64,000 nt of DNA from Candidatus Pacearchaeota archaeon (GTDB lineage: Archaea; Nanobdellota; Nanobdellia; Pacearchaeales; GW2011-AR1), in NCBI GenBank assembly GCA_050124795.1, contig JASFEO010000002.1, positions 36,754 to 100,753 on the forward strand. Direction: 5' to 3'. The position numbers and the translations under genes are program-made. The notes beneath the pieces are model-generated. The model was not told the DNA's origin, made no database searches, and saw only the letters and a list, made by a program, of their open reading frames with translations. This document shows positions 1 to 10,095 of this stretch, one piece after another (within the stretch, counting starts at the first letter, position 1; every line of letters begins with the position of its first letter).

Positions 1-81
1 GCATTAATTTCTTCATTACTAAATATGCCTGTTGGTGTAAGATTTGCAGCTTTAACAAAAGAAGGAATAATTGATTTGTAA
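1..81 (+). CDS. 3' end of an unidentified gene running in from outside the window
   Basis: Frame 1 open from base 1 (ALISSLLNMPVGVRFAALTKEGIIDL) to TAA at 79-81; next ATG at 83. Confidence 0.55.
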   Translation, partial: ALISSLLNMPVGVRFAALTKEGIIDL

Positions 82-82
82 A

Positions 83-319
83 ATGACATTTGATAATTGG
101 GATGATGAAGAAATGAAAGACTTGCTTTATGAAGGGTGGCAGGTAGCGTGTTTTCCAGGAGGGGGTTTTGAATATTTGAATAGCCCTTCAGGGAAAAGAT
201 ATAATTTTGAAGATATTAATGAACTGCAATCTAAAGTTTTTCGTCATGAACTTCCTTTGTCTCCTGAAGAATCATCTGCTTTAAAATTATATAATCTTTC
301 TTCAAGAATGTATAGCTAA
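83..319 (+). CDS. Hypothetical protein (tandem family member 1)
   Basis: ATG at 83 right after upstream TAA; shares E-x(0-2)-G-[WF]...P-[DS]-[GK]-K pattern with next two ORFs. Confidence 0.65.
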   Translation: MTFDNWDDEEMKDLLYEGWQVACFPGGGFEYLNSPSGKRYNFEDINELQSKVFRHELPLSPEESSALKLYNLSSRMYS

Positions 320-326
320 TTTTAAA

Positions 327-659
327 ATGAAAAACATAGAAGATTTAACAGAACAAGAAATTCTTGGAGAAATCATGAGTCTTGAAGAACAAGGTTTTCA
401 GTTTTTTGTTGATTCTCATTCTGATAAAGAAACTCCTTTTTATGTTCCTGACAGAGTAAAACTTCCAGATGGAAAAATTCTTGAAGAAAAAGAATTGCGT
501 TCTGAATTAAAAAAAGATCCTTACAATAAGAATTTTCAAAATGGATTATATTTATTTGATTTATGTTTTTCAGAACAATATGGCGATGATAGATTTACTC
601 ATTATAGTTTTGATGGAGATGAAGATGTTGAAAATTGCCGTTGGAAATATGAAAAGTAA
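327..659 (+). CDS. Hypothetical protein (tandem family member 2)
   Basis: 110-aa ORF; EEQGFQF...LPDGKI; TAATTTTAAAATG junction. Confidence 0.65.
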   Translation: MKNIEDLTEQEILGEIMSLEEQGFQFFVDSHSDKETPFYVPDRVKLPDGKILEEKELRSELKKDPYNKNFQNGLYLFDLCFSEQYGDDRFTHYSFDGDEDVENCRWKYEK

Positions 660-667
660 TTTTTAAA

Positions 668-1057
668 ATGACAAAATTTAATCCTAGAAAACATGAAGTC
701 TTTGATTTTCTAACTTTTGAATATAGTCAGGATTATCTTGGTTATGCAAGAGAAATGGATTTTTCAAAAGAAGAAATCAGTGATTTAGAAAGAGGATTAG
801 AAATGGAGAGAAATGGCTGGGGCTTTTTAGAATTTAAAAATTGTATAGTTTATCAAGGGAAAAAAAGGGAAATAAAAGACAGAACTTATTTTATTGTAAC
901 TCCTGATAAAAAAATTGTCCCAACATCTAAATTAAATAATTCTAAACTTGTCTTTGGAAATCCTGAATCTATTTTATTAAAAAAAGTTGGAGACTATTTT
1001 GGAATTTGTAAAATTCTATTAGATGAAACTGCATTTGAAAGAGCAGGAAGTTTTTAA
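668..1057 (+). CDS. Hypothetical protein (tandem family member 3)
   Basis: 129-aa ORF; ERNGWGF...TPDKKI; TAATTTTTAAAATG junction. Confidence 0.65.
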   Translation: MTKFNPRKHEVFDFLTFEYSQDYLGYAREMDFSKEEISDLERGLEMERNGWGFLEFKNCIVYQGKKREIKDRTYFIVTPDKKIVPTSKLNNSKLVFGNPESILLKKVGDYFGICKILLDETAFERAGSF

Positions 1058-1065
1058 TTTGTAAA

Positions 1066-1975
<910 letters not shown>

Positions 1976-1989
<14 letters not shown>

Positions 1990-2956
1990 TCTTCAACTCC
2001 TTCTTGTTTTTACCAAGAACAATAACTCGTGAAACTTTTTGTTCACCTAAAATTTTATAACCAGTTCCTTTTAGTTCCTTAATTAATTCTCTACTAAATT
2101 TTTTTATCTCTTCATGAGTTGGCATTCTGTCATACCCTAGTCTTTCACGAGCAAAACCCACTGACATATATCCTTTAACCTCAATAAACTGTGGAGAAGA
2201 TTTTTTAATTAACTTAGCATATCCTTCAATATCATCCATGTTAATTCCGCGAATCAAATTAATTCTAAAAACAGTTCTGCAATTTAACTTAGGTAAAATT
2301 TCCAAGGTTTTATTTAATTTCTTCCATGCATCTTTTTCAATACTTCTATGAAACTTTTTATAATCTTTTTCATTTGTTGAATTAACACTTACATAAAGTT
2401 GTGTCGGCAATTGATTTTTATTTTTTAACTCTTTTATTTTCTCAGGATAAAGCCCATTAGTTACTAAAAAAGAAGTTTTTTTCCTACGACGAAGTTCACT
2501 AATTAATTCTCCTAACATTGGATAAAGACTTGGTTCCCCAGAAAGTGAAATTGCAAACTGCATGGGCTCCTGCGATTCAAAATATTTTTTTTGATTTGCT
2601 TTTGATAATTGCTTTTTCTTGCTTTTCGGATCCTGCTTAAACCCTTGAAGTAATTTCCTTTGCGCATTTATACATCCGTCAATAATTTCAGATGGTGAAT
2701 TAATTTTCCCTGGAATCTTTTTATCCTTAGTAAACTCAATTGCACGCCAACAATGAACACACGAATTCGGGCAAAATAGCGACGGAGTCATTTGACAGCA
2801 TAAATGACTTTTAATTCCATAAAACTTTTCCTTATAACAAACACCTTCATTACGAAGAGACTTTTTTGTCCAACGACAAACCTGCACCGCAGAATGCTCT
2901 CCAACAATTTCATAATGCTGTTTTTTTAATAATTGCTTTACTTTATTTGATAACAT
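1976..2956 (-). CDS. taw1: Radical SAM 4-demethylwyosine synthase TYW1/Taw1
   Basis: HSAVQVCRWTKKSL, CYKEKFYGIKSHLCCQMTP, CxxxCxxC (CPNSCVHC), AISLSGEP, FIEVKGYMSVG. Confidence 0.93.
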
Positions 2957-3023
2957 AAAAAAATAAAAAATAATCAGAATTTAAATTTTTTGCGAAAGTA
3001 GAAATTAAACCTATTCAATAGAA

Positions 3024-3098
3024 TCACTTCTTCTTTTTCTTAGTGGTTTTTTTCTTTGCGGGCTTTTTTGCAGGTTTTGCTTTTTTCTTTGCAGCCAT
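3024..3098 (-). CDS. Very small Lys/Ala-rich basic peptide (histone H1-tail-like), 24 aa
   Basis: MAAKKKAKPAKKPAKKKTTKKKKK*; TTTTAAAA TATA-like box about 25 nt upstream; too short for the ORF track. Confidence 0.6.
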   Translation of the reverse strand: MAAKKKAKPAKKPAKKKTTKKKKK

Positions 3099-3255
3099 TT
3101 TTTTAAGAGGTTCAAGAAAACTTTTAAAAACTTTCTCTTGCCTTTTTCCTCCTTTTAATTGCATTACTTACTATTCAATTCCTTAAATACTTTTCTTTTT
3201 AGAAATTTTATTCTGTTTTATCGAATATAAAATCTTAATTATCGACGTTAAAAGT

Positions 3256-4677
3256 CTATAAAAAACTAACAACCCAAAAGATCATTAAAACAAAAAGTAT
3301 AAACAGGAAAAAATAAGTTGAAAACCTAAACCACCTCTCAGCTGTTTTTTCTTTTTTTGTTAAACTCAAAATTGTCAAATAGAAAAATCTGCCGCCGTCG
3401 AAAATTCCAACAGGAAGCATGTTAATCAAGGCAACACTAATGCTGATTAAAACAACCCACCAAAGAAGATTATAAATAAATTCACTGGCTCCAAAACTTG
3501 GTTCATAATTTGTATAAGGCTCTTTAAACGAAGAAACCCTATCAACTAATTTGCCCATGACTCCTGTTCTTGTCCTGTCTGAAAAACCAATCCCAATATA
3601 TGCTGCACCCTCCTTATCTGGGTTCTCTGCCAAAATTATCTCATAAACCCCTTCAGTAGTTTCAACTTCAACTTCATCCCCCGGAGAATATTTCACAAGT
3701 TCATTTGTTAAATCCTCAAGACTATTAACTTTCTTATTATTAATTCCAGTAATTGCCCCTTTAATTTCCGCATTCACTGCCGGCGCATCATCAAACAAAA
3801 TCAACTCTCCCTGCGCATCAAACAATTCCTTGTTTGCAGAATTGTTCAGCAAATCCATTGTAACTAAATAAGTTCCGCCTGTTGTCATAATTTTTGTAAG
3901 CCCGTCATTGTTTGCTAAATTCAAAACATCTGCATAACTTGGATTACTAACTAAGACAGAATTAATAGACAAGATGCCTGAAACATCAACTGCAGAATAC
4001 TGATAACTGTCAAACATAACTCCATGGGGGGTAAATGCAAAAGAGAAAAATCCAATTAAGATTATAAAAAATAAAATTGCAGTTATCACATTTGCAAAAG
4101 TTCCTGCAGATAAAACCGCCATTTGTTCAAAATTCTTTTTTTTCACCATGCTCTTTTCATCCTGCTCAACAAATGCTGCTAAAAATATCGGAAAGAAAAA
4201 AGGAAAAAATCCAAAACCAGTTGACTTTATCTTTATGTTATATCTTTTCATTAAAATTCCATGCGCAAATTCATGAGTAATTGCAATTATAGCGAGGATA
4301 ACAATCCAGTAAGTAAAATAAAAACTTGGTAGCCCCGGAACAACCTTGTCAATATAAGGAACAAGAGGAGTTATCGGCGGAACTTTTAAAGTCCTTACAA
4401 CATCAGGACGAAAAACATAAATTTTCAAAATTGAATAAGCTAAATAAAACATCCCAATCATTAACAAGTATCCAGTTCCAATTGAAACATAACTCAAAAA
4501 TTTCAGACTTCGTTTATATTTACTTCCCACATAATCAATTAACTTCATTCCAAGTTTTGTTCTGTATAAATATAATAGACCTTCTCGCTTGAGATTCTTT
4601 CGATGAGTATAAAGAAAAATTCCAACAAACAACACAAATGCTGTAAGGAAAATCAAATCATAAACTACAAATGCCAT
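3256..4677 (-). CDS. Site-2 protease (M50) membrane metalloprotease with PDZ-like insert
   Basis: HEFAH, AGTFAN, NMLPVGIFDGG motifs; multiple TM segments. Confidence 0.9.
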   Translation of the reverse strand: MAFVVYDLIFLTAFVLFVGIFLYTHRKNLKREGLLYLYRTKLGMKLIDYVGSKYKRSLKFLSYVSIGTGYLLMIGMFYLAYSILKIYVFRPDVVRTLKVPPITPLVPYIDKVVPGLPSFYFTYWIVILAIIAITHEFAHGILMKRYNIKIKSTGFGFFPFFFPIFLAAFVEQDEKSMVKKKNFEQMAVLSAGTFANVITAILFFIILIGFFSFAFTPHGVMFDSYQYSAVDVSGILSINSVLVSNPSYADVLNLANNDGLTKIMTTGGTYLVTMDLLNNSANKELFDAQGELILFDDAPAVNAEIKGAITGINNKKVNSLEDLTNELVKYSPGDEVEVETTEGVYEIILAENPDKEGAAYIGIGFSDRTRTGVMGKLVDRVSSFKEPYTNYEPSFGASEFIYNLLWWVVLISISVALINMLPVGIFDGGRFFYLTILSLTKKEKTAERWFRFSTYFFLFILFVLMIFWVVSFL

Positions 4678-4723
4678 TTTATCACCTAAACTCTAACGAG
4701 AAGTTTATTTTTAAAAGTATCAG

Positions 4724-4885
4724 TTATTTTTTCTTTAAAGGTCGAAAAGCACTGCTCTTGCACTTTCTGCATTTTACTTTTCCTTTGAGAATCTTCTGAG
4801 GATCTGCTCTCATTTTAGCTTTGCATTTTTTGCAAACAAAAACATTCTTAAACATCCGATCTTGAGCTTCTGCAATCTTTGCCAT
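4724..4885 (-). CDS. rpl40e: 50S ribosomal protein L40e
   Basis: 53 aa MAKIAEAQDRMFKNVFVCKKCKAKMR...CRKCKSSAFRPLKKK; manual translation, absent from track. Confidence 0.9.
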   Translation of the reverse strand: MAKIAEAQDRMFKNVFVCKKCKAKMRADPQKILKGKVKCRKCKSSAFRPLKKK

Positions 4886-4924
4886 AATTAAATTATGAGA
4901 ATAAGGCTTTTAAAACTTTTTTAT

Positions 4925-5663
4925 TCATACTTTTTGATATTCTCTGTGGTTTAATATCTCTTTTGCAGTTGGGTAATGATTCCGGATTCTTTCAACTAAA
5001 GAAACAAATTTTTCTTTTGGTTTGATAATTTTATTTATAAAATTAGCCCCAACATAATAAAAAAAAGTATCCCCATTTTTCATACAAGAAATCAATTCTG
5101 AGTCATTTGTTTTTTCCCACTTTTTAAAAGAAGCTGAAACTCTAGATTTATCCAAATAAGTATTTAAAACATCTTCACACCAAGTAAAACTAGTCTTTGA
5201 TAAACAAAACTGAGATGAAGTAACCATAGCAACTCCTTCAAGTAATGTTAAATAAATCAGTTCTGCTTTGTTTCCTTTTCTTTTTGCATATTTATCTGCA
5301 GATATTATTTTATTAAATCCAAGATGATTCAATTCATGAGGGAACACCCATCCTTTTAGAAGATCTCTCTTTTCAAGAGCCAACAATGGTTTTGTAAAAA
5401 ATCAGGATGTGAGGAATCAATAAAACTTCCATCTGGTTTGTATAATTTTTTATCAAAAATAGTAATCTTCTCAGTTGCAGTTTCATCTAAGTCATTGTTA
5501 TTTAGGGAATAATCTAAATCATCTTTATAAAATATCGCCATCGAATAATTTAATCTCCTTGAATCTAAAAATAAAAATCACTTAAATCAACCCATCCCAA
5601 CTTATCATACTTATTAATTACACTATTTAAAGATTCTAAACAATCCTCATTTGTGATTTCCAT
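4925..5663 (-). pseudogene. Frameshifted HExxH (zincin-like) ORFan
   Basis: ATG 5663 (MEITNEDCL..) shifts frame in T tracts near 5566-5578 into ORF 5356-5541, then again near 5356-5386 into ORF 4925-5386 with PHELNH...EGVA. Confidence 0.55.
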
Positions 5664-5678
5664 TTTAATAAATAAATT

Positions 5679-6068
5679 TTACAACTTTCTCTTAACAATC
5701 CTCTCGCCTTCAATATCCCAATATTCAACATTTGAATTTTCTTCCAAAGTTGATTTGATCTCTACATCACATGGAACATCAATTGTCTCAAAGTTTTCCA
5801 AATCCATTACACTTATTGTTGAGTCTCCAATTGATAGCACCTGCGCTTTTCTTTTGTCAACATTTGGCACTTCTAATCTATCATGGCCCGGGATAACAAA
5901 AACTTTTTTATTTCCATCAATTATTCCAACAGCTTCAATCCTTGCCTTTGCATGACCATGTTTTCCTGTTTTAGAAATATCAATCTTTTTTACAACACAG
6001 GGCTTGCCATCAACTAAAATATTTGTTCCAACCCTTGCCTCTGTTGCATTAATAATTTTCAACACCAT
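5679..6068 (-). CDS. eif5a: Translation factor aIF-5A
   Basis: SKTGKHGHAKAR hypusine motif. Confidence 0.95.
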   Translation of the reverse strand: MVLKIINATEARVGTNILVDGKPCVVKKIDISKTGKHGHAKARIEAVGIIDGNKKVFVIPGHDRLEVPNVDKRKAQVLSIGDSTISVMDLENFETIDVPCDVEIKSTLEENSNVEYWDIEGERIVKRKL

Positions 6069-6142
6069 AAAAAAATCAAGAAAATTTAGTTTATAAAATT
6101 TTAGGAAGTTTTTGATAAATAAAAAACTTTTTTTCAGAAAAA

Positions 6143-6174
6143 TTTAAATACTACTTATTACTACTTAATACTAC
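6143..6174 (+). promoter_or_regulatory. TATA box plus three phased TACTAC repeats (putative RHH operator)
   Basis: TTTAAATA 6143-50; TACTAC at 6149, 6159, 6169 (10-bp period) just before ATG 6176. Confidence 0.6.
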
Positions 6175-6175
6175 A

Positions 6176-6403
6176 ATGGAAAATATCAGTCTTAAACTTG
6201 AACCGAAATTTTTAATTGCAATAAATAAGGTAATGAAGAAACACCACTATATGACCAAGGCGGAGTTCATCAGAGAGGCTCTTAGAGATAAGATAAAAAT
6301 ACTGGAAGAAAAGGAAATCCTAAATGATAAAGAACTAATGTCCCAGATTAAAGCAAGCGAAAAAAATATTAAGAAGGGAAAATTAAAGGAATTTGAATAT
6401 TAG
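6176..6403 (+). CDS. Ribbon-helix-helix (CopG/antitoxin-like) protein
   Basis: ISLKL...TKAEFIREALRDKI; C-terminal SEKNIKKGK typical of RelB-like antitoxins. Confidence 0.75.
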   Translation: MENISLKLEPKFLIAINKVMKKHHYMTKAEFIREALRDKIKILEEKEILNDKELMSQIKASEKNIKKGKLKEFEY

Positions 6404-6412
6404 TAAATTATT

Positions 6413-6431
6413 TTCGCGCCAAAGGCGCGAA
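6413..6431. other. GC-rich perfect hairpin upstream of DGR target
   Basis: TTCGCGCC-AAA-GGCGCGAA, 8-bp stem. Confidence 0.8.
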
Positions 6432-6508
6432 TAAAAACATTTTTAATAACTATTTTAAAAAAGTAACAAAACAAAAGATTTAAATAATTTGATTTTTCTG
6501 TAAATTTT

Positions 6509-7162
6509 ATGAAAACAAACAAACCTCTTGTTAAGCGAGTTGAACTTGTGACAATTGAAGGTCATGATGAAATATCTGATGTCCTATATAGAGAAGAAAA
6601 TGCAACTTACAGACTATATGACAATTTAACTAAACCAATGACTTTGCCTGAACTCTCAAAATATTCTGCAAAAGAAAAAGAAAAAGGAAATCCTTATGTT
6701 CCTAATTCTGAAGAATTGTGGAGTGTCTTTACTGCAATTGCAAATTCAGAAAACCCTGAACTTATTTCAAGAGTTAGAGATGAATTAAGAGGCAAATGGA
6801 TAAGAACATTAACTGCAATTGACTGGTATTCAAATAGAAATTCAAGAGTTATTCATAATGTCAAAACTCCAGATGCTTATTTTAAACAAAGAAAAGTACT
6901 CGGTGAAGATGGGTTTATCCATCAAGTTAAATCTAAAAAACTTCTTGAAAATGTTCTTGGAACAAATAATGTGAAGAAGATCAATAGTGTTTCTCAAAAA
7001 ATAAATCAAACTCCAATGTATCAATGGAGAATAAATTCTAAACCTGATAAAAAACTTAGAACAAGTGTGGAGCTCTACGCGGGTTCCGGCAGGTTGTTCC
7101 TGGATTGCGGCGGGGATCCCTTGGATGAGTGTCCTGCTTTCCGGGTATTAAGAGTTGATTAA
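6509..7162 (+). CDS. DGR target protein with C-terminal variable region
   Basis: 217 aa; codons 186-213 (7064-7147) match TR 7478-7561 except at TR adenines; ends ..PAFRVLRVD like CLec-type VR ends. Confidence 0.9.
   Translation: MKTNKPLVKRVELVTIEGHDEISDVLYREENATYRLYDNLTKPMTLPELSKYSAKEKEKGNPYVPNSEELWSVFTAIANSENPELISRVRDELRGKWIRTLTAIDWYSNRNSRVIHNVKTPDAYFKQRKVLGEDGFIHQVKSKKLLENVLGTNNVKKINSVSQKINQTPMYQWRINSKPDKKLRTSVELYAGSGRLFLDCGGDPLDECPAFRVLRVD
7064..7147 (+). repeat. DGR variable repeat (VR)
   Basis: 69/84 identical to TR; 12 A>G and 3 A>T relative to TR. Confidence 0.93.
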
Positions 7163-7212
7163 GTCTGACTGCATTGCTCGCTAGACATTGTTGAACCTAA
7201 CTCTTTATTTTG

Positions 7213-7225
7213 TCGCGAAGCGCGA
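7213..7225. other. Short GC-rich hairpin downstream of VR (candidate DGR cis-acting stem-loop)
   Basis: TCGCGAAGCGCGA: CGC-GAA-GCG mini-hairpin or TCGCG-AAG-CGCGA, about 50 nt after target stop. Confidence 0.55.
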
Positions 7226-7477
7226 AAAATTTTTAAGAGACGCTTTCTTAATCTTTTTGCCCAGAAGAGTTTTTTCGTTTGAGAAGCGAGAGAACTTAAT
7301 GGACTACACGCCGGTTAATCAGCGCATTATTAAGGTTTATTTTAAGCCATGAAATTCAACAGCGACAATTAGTAGCAATAAAAGTGAAAATCTGAAGTTG
7401 TGGTGCTTCCCTTGAAATCTCTTCATGGATTTCATTTGCCAGAAGATCTCTTTTAGAGAAGATTAATTGGCTATAAA

Positions 7478-7561
7478 AGTGTGGAGCTCAACGCGAATTC
7501 CGACAGGTTGAACCTGAATTGCAACAGGAATCCCTTGAATGAGTATCCTGCTTTCCGAATA
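7478..7561 (+). repeat. DGR template repeat (TR)
   Basis: Intergenic; 24 adenines, seven AAY codons in VR frame; all 60 non-A positions identical to VR. Confidence 0.93.
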
Positions 7562-7634
7562 GTTTACTGGGCATTTTTTAATCTGCGCAGCATATTATCG
7601 AAGGATTTTTAAGCATAATTTTTCTAAAAATTCT

Positions 7635-8300
7635 ATGAAACTAAACAAAGGCGACTTTATTGAAATAAAATTCACAGGAAAAATTAAAGACACAGATGAA
7701 ATCTTTGATTCAAATGTTGAAGAAGATATAAAAAAATCAGGACTAAATTTAAAATCAGAACCTTTTATTTTTGCTTTAGGTGAAGACATGTTCTTAAAAG
7801 GAGTTGATGAGTTTTTAATTGATAAAGACTTAGGAGAATATTCTGTAGAACTCTCTCCTGAAAAAGCATTTGGAAAAAGAGATTCAAAATTAATCAACAT
7901 GGTTCCTTCAAAAGTTTTCAAAGAGCAAAAACTAAACCCTTTCCCTGGCGCAGTCTTTAACTTCGACGGACGAATGGCAAAAGTCCTGTCTGTTTCAGGC
8001 GGAAGAGTCATGGTTGACTTCAACAATCCAATAGCAGGAAAAGTTGTAAAATATAATTTAAAAGTTCTAAGAAAAATTGAAGACATAAATGAAAAAATAA
8101 AATCACTAAATAATTTCTTTTTTAGAAAAGACTTTAAGTTTGAAACAAAAGACAAAAAATTAATTATCAATGCTGACAAGCCATATATCAAATTCATTGA
8201 AATGTTTAAAGATAAATATAAAGAAATTCTCAATTTAGATTTAGAAGTTAGGGAAGTTGAAATTAAGCAGGAAACAAAATCTGAAACCCAATCACAATAA
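7635..8300 (+). CDS. slyD: FKBP-type peptidyl-prolyl isomerase (SlyD-like)
   Basis: GDFIEIKFTG, IFDSN, LSPEKAFGKRD, VDFNNPIAGK. Confidence 0.9.
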   Translation: MKLNKGDFIEIKFTGKIKDTDEIFDSNVEEDIKKSGLNLKSEPFIFALGEDMFLKGVDEFLIDKDLGEYSVELSPEKAFGKRDSKLINMVPSKVFKEQKLNPFPGAVFNFDGRMAKVLSVSGGRVMVDFNNPIAGKVVKYNLKVLRKIEDINEKIKSLNNFFFRKDFKFETKDKKLIINADKPYIKFIEMFKDKYKEILNLDLEVREVEIKQETKSETQSQ

Positions 8301-8399
8301 TTCTTTTTACATAATAAAAGAATATCCCCGATTCTCACAAAATAAATCATTGCGAAGCACTGCAATAATCCTTATAAACAATATAATTTTTAATTCTTC

Positions 8400-9503
8400 A
8401 TGGAAGAGATTTACCAAAGAGAGGAAAGTTTTATTTCTGCTCAATCATCTGAATTAAAAGATATTGATAGGGAACTTGCAGAGTTATTAAAAAAGCAAAC
8501 AGCAAAAATAAAAGTTATTGGCTGCGGAGGCGGAGGAGGAAATTCACTCTCGCGAATGAGAGAAATTGGAATTAAAGGAGGAGAATTAATTGCAATTAAT
8601 ACAGATGCTCAGGATTTACTTTATGCAAATGCAGACCAGAAAATTTTAATTGGAAAAGAATTAACTCAGGGATTAGGTGCAGGAAGCAATCCAAAAATCG
8701 GGCAAGAAGCTGCAAAAGAGTCTGAGTCAGAAATAAAAAAGAAAATTGCAAATTCAGATATGATTTTCATAACCTGCGGATTTGGAGGAGGAACCGGAAC
8801 TGGTTCTGCACCGGAAGTCGCAAAACTCGCAAAAAAACAAGGAGCACTAACTATTGGCGTCGTGACTTTGCCGTTCACAATTGAAGGAAGAAAAAGAATT
8901 GAAAATGCAATGGACGGACTCGAAAGAATGGAATCAGTTGTTGACACCTTAATTGTAATTCCAAATGATAAACTTCTGGAACTAGCGCCAGACTTGCCCT
9001 TGCACACAGCTTTTAAAATTGCCGACGAAATTCTAACAAACGCAGTAAAAGGAATAACTGAACTTGTAACAACTTCTGGTTTAGTGAATTTGGATTTTGC
9101 AGATGTAAAAGCAGTAATGGTTGGCGGAGGAGTTTCATTAATCGGAATGGGTGAATCAGATACAGAACAAAGAGCAATTGACGCAGTTGAAAAAGCAATA
9201 CAAAATCCCTTGCTTGACGTCGACATTTCAAACGCAACTGGTTCATTAGTAAATATAATCGGCGGACCAAACATGAGTTTAGATGAATGCAAAGCAATAA
9301 TCGAGCACATCGGTGAAAGGCTTTCTCCAGATGCAAAATTAATCTGGGGAGCGCAAATCGCAGAAGACATGGAAAAGTCAATCAGAGTTTTATTAATTGT
9401 AACCGGTGTGAAATCCTCGCAAATTTTAGGTCACGGAGAATCAATTGACAACATAAAACACAAAGAAATCGAAGAAGAATTGGGAATAGAGTTTTATGAA
9501 TAA
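8400..9503 (+). CDS. ftsZ: Cell division protein FtsZ
   Basis: GCGGGGGN, NTDAQDL, GGGTGTG tubulin signature, VNLDFADV. Confidence 0.98.
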   Translation: MEEIYQREESFISAQSSELKDIDRELAELLKKQTAKIKVIGCGGGGGNSLSRMREIGIKGGELIAINTDAQDLLYANADQKILIGKELTQGLGAGSNPKIGQEAAKESESEIKKKIANSDMIFITCGFGGGTGTGSAPEVAKLAKKQGALTIGVVTLPFTIEGRKRIENAMDGLERMESVVDTLIVIPNDKLLELAPDLPLHTAFKIADEILTNAVKGITELVTTSGLVNLDFADVKAVMVGGGVSLIGMGESDTEQRAIDAVEKAIQNPLLDVDISNATGSLVNIIGGPNMSLDECKAIIEHIGERLSPDAKLIWGAQIAEDMEKSIRVLLIVTGVKSSQILGHGESIDNIKHKEIEEELGIEFYE

Positions 9504-9840
9504 AATGACAAAAGAAATTAAGGGACAAAAAGAATTTAATGAATACTTAGAAAGAATACCTACAAAAGACAATCCTTTTGAATGTCCTAATTTGAGAGTT
9601 TTGCCTGAAGATATTAATTTCAGAGACAATATAATCTGCAGTCATGATTATTCAGAAGGAACTTTAATTTGTAAAAATTCATCTGAATTGGATGGTCATG
9701 CAATGTTAGACCATTATTGTGGAGTTTTTGGAAGAGTTTATACTAGAAACGGAAAAATATTTGTTGGATATAATTCTCATAAAAGAAAAACTCTTGAAAT
9801 AGAAATTAAAATATTAAATTTAGCTAATGGTAAAAAATAA
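9496..9840 (+). CDS. Hypothetical protein (ORFan)
   Basis: 114-aa ORF overlapping ftsZ stop. Confidence 0.55.
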   Translation: MNKMTKEIKGQKEFNEYLERIPTKDNPFECPNLRVLPEDINFRDNIICSHDYSEGTLICKNSSELDGHAMLDHYCGVFGRVYTRNGKIFVGYNSHKRKTLEIEIKILNLANGKK

Positions 9841-10054
9841 TTACGGATTTAGTACAAGTAAATCAAGATACAGAAATAGAGGAGATAATGGAAGCAGTAA
9901 AAATCGCGACCCAACGCAAAAAGTTTATGAAATAATTAATGAAATTACTTCTCCTAAAAATCCAAAAGACCTTTTATTTGGATTTGGGCATAAAGTAATT
10001 AATGGAAATTCTCTCGAAGGAATTACAACTGCAACAACTTCAGAGAAAAAATAG
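9827..10054 (+). CDS. Hypothetical protein (ORFan)
   Basis: 75-aa ORF overlapping previous ORF. Confidence 0.45.
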   Translation: MVKNNYGFSTSKSRYRNRGDNGSSKNRDPTQKVYEIINEITSPKNPKDLLFGFGHKVINGNSLEGITTATTSEKK

Positions 10055-10095
10055 AGAATACAAATTTTTAAAAATAGCTTTTTTCTTCAAAAATT

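Noticed and set aside
7595-9381. Long antisense ORFs (7595-8365, 8666-9370, 9013-9381) and similar shadow ORFs elsewhere
   Set aside because: Opposite well-supported genes (slyD, ftsZ etc.), with composition typical of reverse-frame shadows.
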